Source: an uncultured archaeon (GTDB taxonomy: Archaea > Hadarchaeota > Hadarchaeia > Hadarchaeales > Hadarchaeaceae). Taken from it: a DNA stretch of 22,862 nt. Below the pieces are notes generated by a model. That model saw nothing but the letters and a program-made list of their open reading frames with translations. It ran no database searches and had not been told where the DNA came from. The DNA lies in assembly GCA_937921735.1 (NCBI GenBank), contig CAKZTQ010000009.1:1-22862 (forward strand). Direction: 5' to 3'. Shown piece after piece: positions 16,628 to 22,862 of this stretch; the first letter of the stretch is position 1; the number at the start of each line of letters is the position of its first letter. A program made the translations under genes and the position numbers.

Positions 16628-16670
16628 ACCTCCAGAAGGGGTTGAAGTCAGTTCAGGAGGCGCCAGCTTG

Positions 16671-17003
16671 CTACTTCCTCTCCAGCTGTCTCCGTGACAG
16701 CTCGGAGACTATGAGCCTTTTTATCCGCCTTTTGAAGCGGGTGGCCACGTACCTCGAGGCCCTCCTCGCCAGCGGATCCTCGCTTATCATCTTGCGAATC
16801 TCCTCAAACTCGCCTTTCCGAGCCCTCTCGTTAATCTCCCTCACCATCCTCCTTACTGTATGCTCAACCCTGAAGCAGACGAGCTCGGCCAACGACTCAG
16901 CCGCGGCCTCGCTCAGGTTCGCCTCCTCGTTCAAAACTTGGGAGATTATTTCTTGAATGTATGGCCAGAGTGCCCTGTAGAGAAGCTCGGCCTTCTCCTC
17001 CAA
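16671..17003 (-). CDS. Hypothetical helical protein
   Basis: TTG start with a GGAGGT SD. Confidence 0.65.
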   Translation of the reverse strand: MEEKAELLYRALWPYIQEIISQVLNEEANLSEAAAESLAELVCFRVEHTVRRMVREINERARKGEFEEIRKMISEDPLARRASRYVATRFKRRIKRLIVSELSRRQLERK

Positions 17004-17018
17004 ACGGGGAACCTCCAG

Positions 17019-17450
17019 TTACCTCTCCGAGGCTTTTTCGAAGGCCCAGGCCATGGCCCTTTTAAGTTTGTCGACCTCCCTCTGCTCCAGCGAGCCTTTG
17101 ACGCGTATGAGCGCCAGTTTCCCGTTGCTCGGCTCCACCGCGTAGTCCACGCCGTACTTCCTCTTCAAAGCGTCGAGAACCCTCGGCACCAGGAACCTCT
17201 GTATGGCGGGATCTGAAGCCGCTATGTTTAAGCCGTTTGCTGGGAGGGCGACGATCTCTCCGGGCTTCTGGATCAGGCTTCCGTAGACCCCGCTGCCCCT
17301 CGTTATGTCCGACTTGGGGTGGGCTTCAACCCTCCTGACGGCCCTCATATAGGCATCTATTGCCTCAGCTGCGGAGGCGAAGGATTCCCTGAGCGAAGCT
17401 AGGAGCTTCAGGAGCTCCTCCCTTTCCTCACCCATGATTTCACGCACCAA
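17019..17450 (-). CDS. Hypothetical protein
   Basis: 143-aa ORF; TTTAAAAG TATA-like sequence at 17466-17473 upstream. Confidence 0.7.
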   Translation of the reverse strand: MVREIMGEEREELLKLLASLRESFASAAEAIDAYMRAVRRVEAHPKSDITRGSGVYGSLIQKPGEIVALPANGLNIAASDPAIQRFLVPRVLDALKRKYGVDYAVEPSNGKLALIRVKGSLEQREVDKLKRAMAWAFEKASER

Positions 17451-17478
17451 TATTGAGGCGCGAATCTTTTAAAGGGGC

Positions 17479-17721
17479 TCATTGTCGCCTTCCTTTTCCG
17501 GCGACCCTGCGGCTCAACGCCCTCAGCTGCCTCCGCTTCACGTATTCCGCAGCTTCGATGAGGGCTTCAGCGTTGACCTCCAGGACCCTTCCGGCCTCGA
17601 TGAGGTTGGCGACCTCCCTCAGGATTGCAGGATAAAGCTTAGTCGGCCTTGTGGGGAGCGCCCCGTTCACCGGCAGGTCAACCTCAGGGCTTGTGAGGCG
17701 CTTCAGGTTCGGCATCCGCAC
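17479..17721 (-). CDS. Small basic hypothetical protein
   Basis: 80 aa, packed in the operon. Confidence 0.6.
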   Translation of the reverse strand: MRMPNLKRLTSPEVDLPVNGALPTRPTKLYPAILREVANLIEAGRVLEVNAEALIEAAEYVKRRQLRALSRRVAGKGRRQ

Positions 17722-17731
17722 ATGCCTCGCC

Positions 17732-17980
17732 TCAGTAGCTGTTTATCTCCTCGTCTATTTTCCGCTCAATCCATTCTGTAAGCTCTTTCGCGTCCACGCA
17801 TATCTCAGCCCACTCGTCGAACTTGCAGCCCTTCGGAGCGCCCGGATCCCTCATCTTACGCCTGATTCGAACCCTGTATGGGATGCCGAGCCGACTAAGC
17901 ACTTCCTCAGCTATGTCCGTTGCGATGTCATGGGCCCAGAACTCGAAGATGAGGATATCGCGTTTCAAATTCCTCGACAT
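17732..17980 (-). CDS. Hypothetical protein, first gene after leader-repeat copy 2
   Basis: SD GGAGGTGA and ATG are supplied by the repeat. Confidence 0.75.
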   Translation of the reverse strand: MSRNLKRDILIFEFWAHDIATDIAEEVLSRLGIPYRVRIRRKMRDPGAPKGCKFDEWAEICVDAKELTEWIERKIDEEINSY

Positions 17981-18101
17981 GGATCTTCACCTCCAAAAAA
18001 CGCGCATATGCCTCCTAGGGACTGGGCTATGCCGTTAAGCGCTTAACAGCCCAGCCGGGGCCAGGTCTTGGACGCCCCGCTCAGCCCTAGGCTTGGAAAA
18101 A
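17978..18101 (-). repeat. Structured leader/promoter repeat, copy 2
   Basis: 124 bp identical to 22712-22835, running through the SD and ATG. Confidence 0.97.
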
Positions 18102-18112
18102 GGAGTTGTGAT

Positions 18113-18566
18113 TCAGATGCGCCGGATGAGGGATGGCGATATGATTCTGATAGTTTTGCCCGAGACGTTTTCGTGTCTTTCGTATAATGCGACTGGTTTT
18201 CTCCTGAAGGCAGCTAGGCTAATGCTGGTCGCTTTCTTCCCCCAGCTTACGTCGCCGTAAAGTATCAGTGGGCATGTGGTCTTCGATTTTTTGATGAAGT
18301 ATTTGACAACTTCTCGGTGTTCCTCGCGCGGAATGAGCTCAAACGCATCTTTCCTCAGCCTCTTTGAGAACCAATCTATAATGATGCGGGGCCTCGCTCG
18401 GGTTTGAGCGTCAGGTCCATATGGATTTTAGGGTTTTCCAGCGAGTTGTGTGATAGAGAAAATCGTCTTCGAGAAATGATGTGATATAGTAATCCCTGTT
18501 AAGTTCATAGCGAAGTTTGTTGCCCTCTGTGAGCATATCCTCAATCAACTGATTAGCAACGGACAT
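18113..18566 (-). pseudogene. ~150-aa hypothetical gene with a +1 frameshift; lower GC than its neighbours
   Basis: SD GGGGTGA + ATG 18566 gives MSVANQLIEDML...RWKTL. After the run at 18426-18429 the next frame is open to TGA 18113 (NPYGPDAQ...SLIRRI*). Span 454 = 3n+1. Confidence 0.65.
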
Positions 18567-18577
18567 TTCCTCACCCC

Positions 18578-18892
18578 CTACACATCACGAGCGAATAAGG
18601 AAGTGAGCAATTCTATCGCGGTCTTGGCCTTCGCATCTTCAACCACCAATCTCCTCATGCGGTCGCATCCCGGGGCCTTCACGGCAGCAAAGGGGTTCTC
18701 CGCGAGGACGTCAACAAGTCTGACGGTTTCATAATGCGCCCCCCTCGCCATGTAGCCGCCTGCCACATGCGCTCCCGCCTCCGAGAAGTCGCAGAGGATC
18801 ACGTTCCCATCCACGTTTATGGCGGAGCCCGGGGTGTTTAACGTTAGGTCGCCGTCGCCGAAGAGCAGGATCGCCTTTGCTTCAGGCTTCAT
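18578..18892 (-). CDS. Hypothetical protein
   Basis: 104-aa ORF. Confidence 0.6.
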   Translation of the reverse strand: MKPEAKAILLFGDGDLTLNTPGSAINVDGNVILCDFSEAGAHVAGGYMARGAHYETVRLVDVLAENPFAAVKAPGCDRMRRLVVEDAKAKTAIELLTSLFARDV

Positions 18893-18952
18893 TAAAGGCT
18901 CACTCTCTGATGGGTCTTTTAGCTTGTTTGGCAGCGAGCAAAGCTCGGTTTT

Positions 18953-19097
18953 TCAGCCCTCTAACAGCATTTTAACAGCCTCTGCAGTCGCTTGAAGATG
19001 GCGGTCCAGGTCGCCGTATGATCTTTCCACCTTCAATTTCAACGGCTGACGGCCCGACCTTTCTCAGACCGTAAACGATCCTTTCGATGCCCCTCAC
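18953..19097 (-). pseudogene. Small frameshifted ORF ending LLEG*
   Basis: GTGA-coupled start: MRGIERIVYGLRKVGPSAVEIEGGKII, then +1 frame GDLDRHLQATAEAVKMLLEG*. Span 145 = 3n+1. Confidence 0.4.
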
Positions 19098-19666
19098 TCA
19101 TACTGATCCACTTCCCAGTTTTCCCTCCCGTCCACTTGGAACTCGAAGCCTATGTTGAGCGTCCCATCGTAGTAAATTCCCTCACCTTCATAGCGCCAAG
19201 TGAAGGTGACGTGTTCCCCATCGCCGGCTTCGGCGATGTTCGGCGGACCGCAGTTGTCTATGAGCCATTTGATGGCCTCGGCCTCGTCCCTGTCCATGAT
19301 GAGCAACGCTGTTTCAGGGGTCAAACCTTTCACAACAGTAACGCTGATGAGGAGTCCCTGGAAGTTCTGATAGCATTCCAAGCTTACTGGCTCTGCGACC
19401 TTTCTCAGTAAGGCCTCGACGCAGTTCAGGTACCCGGCGGTGTAGACCTCAAAGCGGACATTCACCCCATCCAATGAAACATAGGCCTCGTCCGGATCCC
19501 AGTCCACGTTGTAATCGTCCCCATTCGTCCTCATGTCCTCAAGCATAAATTGCAGCATTTGTTTAGCCTTCTCCGCCTTCTTTTCATCCTCATACGTGGC
19601 TATTATTGTGTAGTCATCCGAGTGACTACTCGCCCTGAACTTGAAGGCGAGTCCGCACAATTTCAT
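19094..19666 (-). CDS. Acidic hypothetical protein
   Basis: ATG 19666 (MKLCG) with SD AGGAGGTGG. Confidence 0.75.
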   Translation of the reverse strand: MKLCGLAFKFRASSHSDDYTIIATYEDEKKAEKAKQMLQFMLEDMRTNGDDYNVDWDPDEAYVSLDGVNVRFEVYTAGYLNCVEALLRKVAEPVSLECYQNFQGLLISVTVVKGLTPETALLIMDRDEAEAIKWLIDNCGPPNIAEAGDGEHVTFTWRYEGEGIYYDGTLNIGFEFQVDGRENWEVDQYE

Positions 19667-19970
19667 AAAACCACCTCCTGGCAGAATCCTGGCAGAAAAG
19701 CCTCTCATCCCTCCTGAGGAACTTGCCTAAAAGCTTCAGCGCCTTCTCCCTAATTTCATCAGGCGTATAGAGGGAGTGGGGCGGGAACGCGAACATGGCG
19801 TCGACCGCGACCTCATCTATTACCTCTTTGACCAATAGGTGTCTGTACTCCTCCACGTCAACCCCTAGGCCTGCAACTACCCGCTCTATGCGCTCCCTGC
19901 ACCCTTCAAGCTTCTGCACGAGCATGTCTGCCAGTTCAGACAGGAACTGCTCGACATTCTCCAACATCAA
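19626..19970 (-). CDS. Hypothetical helical protein
   Basis: SD GGAGGTGA upstream. Confidence 0.7.
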   Translation of the reverse strand: MMLENVEQFLSELADMLVQKLEGCRERIERVVAGLGVDVEEYRHLLVKEVIDEVAVDAMFAFPPHSLYTPDEIREKALKLLGKFLRRDERLFCQDSARRWFYEIVRTRLQVQGE

Positions 19971-19981
19971 GCCTCACCTCC

Positions 19982-20212
19982 TCAGTCGAGAAGTTTCCAC
20001 CTTCCGACTATGCCTTTCGCCTTGGAGACGATAACGCCTAATAGGGCTGATGTCGAGCCGCACTTGTTGCACGCATACTCGATCTTTTCGAAGGTTTCTT
20101 TGAAGGCTATGTAGCCGTCCCTCCTCACGCGGAAGCTTCCAATGTAGTCCTCTGACAACAGCGACCAGTCCATGGCCCCGCATTGGAGGCAGAGCTGAGC
20201 CTCGCTTTTCAC
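19982..20212 (-). CDS. Small Zn-finger protein
   Basis: CLQC...CNKC; GTGA-coupled to the vWA gene. Confidence 0.65.
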   Translation of the reverse strand: MKSEAQLCLQCGAMDWSLLSEDYIGSFRVRRDGYIAFKETFEKIEYACNKCGSTSALLGVIVSKAKGIVGRWKLLD

Positions 20213-21453
20213 CCATTTGCCTCCTTGATGCGCGCCTTGGTGAAGCCTGGGGCTTCAACGGGTTTATGTGTGTAGCCTAACATGGCGAAGCCGGCTTTGG
20301 CGGAAATTTTCCTGAAAAGGCTCTGCGTTTCCCCTTCCTCCGCGTCGAAGATTTCCCCGTCAGTCAGCACTATCACCGCGTCGCCGGCCCTCATGAGGCT
20401 GAGCACCTTGCTCAAGGCCGGCTTGATCACGGTCCCGCCCCCGCCCCTCATCTTCGGCGCTATTTTACGCGCAACCTCATCCGGCCTAGTTGCCTTGAGG
20501 ACTTCATATGCCTCGCCGTCCCACGGTATGGCGTATACATCTGCCCTCTTCGCTTCATACTTGACGATGCCTAGGAAATGCCTGAGATCTTCCTCGGAGA
20601 TGCTGCCGCTCGTGTCGATTAGGCACCATGTTGAATAACGGTAGCCGTAGTAGCCTGGATAGTCGTCTCCGCGGCGGCTTGGATACGCGAAGGAGCTGTC
20701 CTGTTTAGAGTGGTTTCTCACGCCGAAACGGAGGGTTAAATGCCATGGAGGCTTAACCTCGAGGACTTCGCCGACGAGCCTTTCAAGTCCGGCAGGCATG
20801 CTTCCAGCCTGCTTGGCGAAGTCCCTTGCCCGCTCGAGGATGCGCTTCCATTCCCTTTCAAGCTCCCCCCGGCTTTTATCCTTCCCAACGGCTTTATCCC
20901 CTTCCTGAACGGTTTCACCCTCAGCTTCTCCGTCGAGAAGGTCGCCTTCAAGCCTATTGCCCTCGGCAAGCGTTCCAGCAGTTTTTTCAGCTAAGCGTTC
21001 AAGCTCCCTCGCAATTTCTTCGGTGCTCATCTTATGCAATGCTTCAACGCTTATGCCCGTTTCCCGCGATATCTTTTCAAGAGTGACCTCGTCTGCTCGA
21101 CCATATTCAATGCCCGAGACGCCTGCCCCGCGTATGGCGTCGTTCACCTTTCCATCCGCTGCTATGTTGTAGGCCGTGTTGTCGAAGCCTTTACGCCTGA
21201 AGGGGTGGCATAAAACTACGTGGAGCGACTCATGGATTGCGACGAAGCGCTTGGCCTCGACGCTGAGGCCTGCCCACCACTCGGGGTTTATGGCGAGCGT
21301 TCCCCTCTCATCCACGCCTGCCGTCGGAACGGTTTTGGTCGAAACTATTCGAAGGTAGCTTAGCGGTATGACAACGAAGGGGAAGTATCGACCGCAGAAT
21401 ATCCTTACGTCGCGGATGTCTTGCCTGAGCTGCTCAACACCCATAAAGTTCAC
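20209..21453 (-). CDS. DUF2201-type putative metallopeptidase + vWA-like domain protein
   Basis: TAGVD, HESLHVVLCH, YNIAAD...N, DTSGSI, GGGGT, VLTDG. True start is probably ATG 21444. Confidence 0.9.
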   Translation of the reverse strand: MNFMGVEQLRQDIRDVRIFCGRYFPFVVIPLSYLRIVSTKTVPTAGVDERGTLAINPEWWAGLSVEAKRFVAIHESLHVVLCHPFRRKGFDNTAYNIAADGKVNDAIRGAGVSGIEYGRADEVTLEKISRETGISVEALHKMSTEEIARELERLAEKTAGTLAEGNRLEGDLLDGEAEGETVQEGDKAVGKDKSRGELEREWKRILERARDFAKQAGSMPAGLERLVGEVLEVKPPWHLTLRFGVRNHSKQDSSFAYPSRRGDDYPGYYGYRYSTWCLIDTSGSISEEDLRHFLGIVKYEAKRADVYAIPWDGEAYEVLKATRPDEVARKIAPKMRGGGGTVIKPALSKVLSLMRAGDAVIVLTDGEIFDAEEGETQSLFRKISAKAGFAMLGYTHKPVEAPGFTKARIKEANG

Positions 21454-21553
21454 CTCCTAGGCGTGCTTGCTTCCCCTGATAGCCCAAGCCGTAAGAACGC
21501 AGAGGCGGTCGAAGGCAAACATGAGCGCGTCGCCCTGATTTTACAATAGGATT

Positions 21554-22714
21554 TTACAGCAGAGCCCTTCCCGTGAGCTCAAGACACTTGAGGACGGTTT
21601 GGTTCGCCTTCACAGCGTTGAAGACTTCCCGCCTTTTTGGCTTTTCGAGAAAGGCGAAGAGAGCCGACATGAACTCCCTATCGTCCGCCTCTGCAACGTA
21701 CTGCATGAACCCTTTAGCCTTCGAAATGTTCCCTGAGTCCTTGTTTATGGCTTCGGCAACGGTTATCGCTGCAAGGTACTTCTGCTCAACCTTGAAGTTG
21801 CTGACGAGTTGAGGCACCTTCACCAACTCGTCGAAGCTCGGAACCTTGTTGCTCAAGAACGCCATCAGGGTTTCACCGACCCTTCCAAGCTTGCCCTTGG
21901 CTATGCTGAAGAGGAGCTCCTCGCTGTTCCGCCGCTTCCGCGCTTTCACCTCGGCGAACGCCAAGGCAACATACGACCAGCCTCTGGGGGTTGCGGGAGG
22001 CTCGTAGCCGCTGTCCTCGACGGTGTCCAAGATGTTTGCGAGGAAGTCGCTCGGCTTCCAGTAAAGGTATGCGAGTACTTCTCGATCCCAGTTCTCGCGG
22101 CCGTACGTCTCATCCATCCACTCCGCCCAATCCTCAATCGGCGGAGCCTCGACCTCAACGAAGTCGAAGCGGTCTCTGAGCGGCTTCGGAATGCTGTTGG
22201 CTATGCTGCTGTACTGGGCGCTGTTTGAGGCTGCGATGACCATGGCTCTGGGGTTGAGGGCGATGTCGCCTATCTTGTAGTCGCGGACTATCTTGTAGGC
22301 GTTGGCGATCATGTTAGGTCGGCTCTCGTTGAGGAACTCATCTAGGAAGAGCAGTCCGGCGCAGGCGTTGAGAAGCCTCGCAACGCCCAAGGGGAGGAAC
22401 ATGACGTACTTCGAGTTGACCGGGCGGGGTTGTCCTGAAACGTCAACGGGATCCATGCTCGTAAGCCTGCAGTCCTTGAAGATGAAGTAGCGGTCTTCAT
22501 CTTCAAGGTACTTTTCAACTTCCTCAGGCGGTATCGCATCTGCGTCTACGAACTCGAGCTTAAGCTGCTTCGCCTTCCTCACCGCCCACGCCCTTGTGAA
22601 GGCCGATTTGCCTATTCCAGCGGGCCCTATGAGGTGCAGCGTTATTGGCTCGCGGCCTTTGATACGCATGTCGTAGGCGAGTTCAAACCTCTCAGCAAGG
22701 GATCCTAAACGCAT
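21554..22714 (-). CDS. MoxR-like / AAA_5 ATPase (virus-type, DUF2201-associated), first gene after repeat copy 3
   Basis: GPAGIGKS, DPVDVSGQP, LLFLDEF, IAASN, LRDRF, ATPRGW. Confidence 0.92.
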   Translation of the reverse strand: MRLGSLAERFELAYDMRIKGREPITLHLIGPAGIGKSAFTRAWAVRKAKQLKLEFVDADAIPPEEVEKYLEDEDRYFIFKDCRLTSMDPVDVSGQPRPVNSKYVMFLPLGVARLLNACAGLLFLDEFLNESRPNMIANAYKIVRDYKIGDIALNPRAMVIAASNSAQYSSIANSIPKPLRDRFDFVEVEAPPIEDWAEWMDETYGRENWDREVLAYLYWKPSDFLANILDTVEDSGYEPPATPRGWSYVALAFAEVKARKRRNSEELLFSIAKGKLGRVGETLMAFLSNKVPSFDELVKVPQLVSNFKVEQKYLAAITVAEAINKDSGNISKAKGFMQYVAEADDREFMSALFAFLEKPKRREVFNAVKANQTVLKCLELTGRALL

Positions 22715-22835
22715 GGATCTTCACCTCCAAAAAACGCGCATATGCCTCCTAGGGACTGGGCTATGCCGTTAAGCGCTTAACAGCCCAGCCGGGGCCAGGT
22801 CTTGGACGCCCCGCTCAGCCCTAGGCTTGGAAAAA
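22712..22835 (-). repeat. Structured leader/promoter repeat, copy 3
   Basis: Identical to 17978-18101. Stems 22748-22754 / 22819-22825; palindrome 22768-22781. Confidence 0.97.
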
Positions 22836-22862
22836 TGGGGGAGCTCAGCCACCTTGCCGGTT

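Noticed and set aside
17988-18008. uORF MRVFWR* inside the repeat, after AGGAGG
   Set aside because: The SD-ATG spacing is only 3 nt, and copy 1 has ATA instead of ATG.
18014-18091. Repeat as a hammerhead ribozyme (three-way junction with CUGAG)
   Set aside because: It lacks the CUGANGA and GAAA core, and the CUGAG linker is not conserved in copy 1 (CUUGAA).
18216-18223. Target of the predicted omega-RNA guide (AGGCTAAT)
   Set aside because: Only an 8-nt match, expected by chance in a window of this size.

Overview
Archaeal accessory or mobile-element region: GGAGGTGA Shine-Dalgarno (SD) sites, TTTAA-type TATA boxes, a Sulfolobales-type RNase HI and a TFB-like gene. Virtually all of the roughly 35 genes are on the minus strand, and none is a recognisable capsid, integrase or T4SS gene. 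The most striking feature is a ~100-124 bp non-coding element present three times (2800-2907, 17978-18101, 22712-22835; the last two are identical). Each copy is fused to the SD/ATG of the first gene of a gene block and can fold into a three-way junction capped by the palindrome GTTAAGCGCTTAAC. Two of its motifs recur at a fourth block start (8431-8474). The cargo includes two different MoxR-like AAA+ / HExxH-vWA modules, a C2H2-RNase HI-SWIM fusion, a radical SAM protein, a HEPN-MNT toxin-antitoxin pair, phage-type MGYTHYW and MGTRG proteins, a tandem paralog array with shared C-terminal tails, and a disrupted TFB-like gene. Three IS remnants are present: a tnpB 3' end interrupting an RHH gene at the left edge, an IS607 tnpA N-terminal fragment, and a truncated IS200/IS605 tnpB with an intact right end. 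Several small genes are frameshifted, which may reflect decay or assembly indels. All family calls rest on motif recognition by eye; no database search was run.
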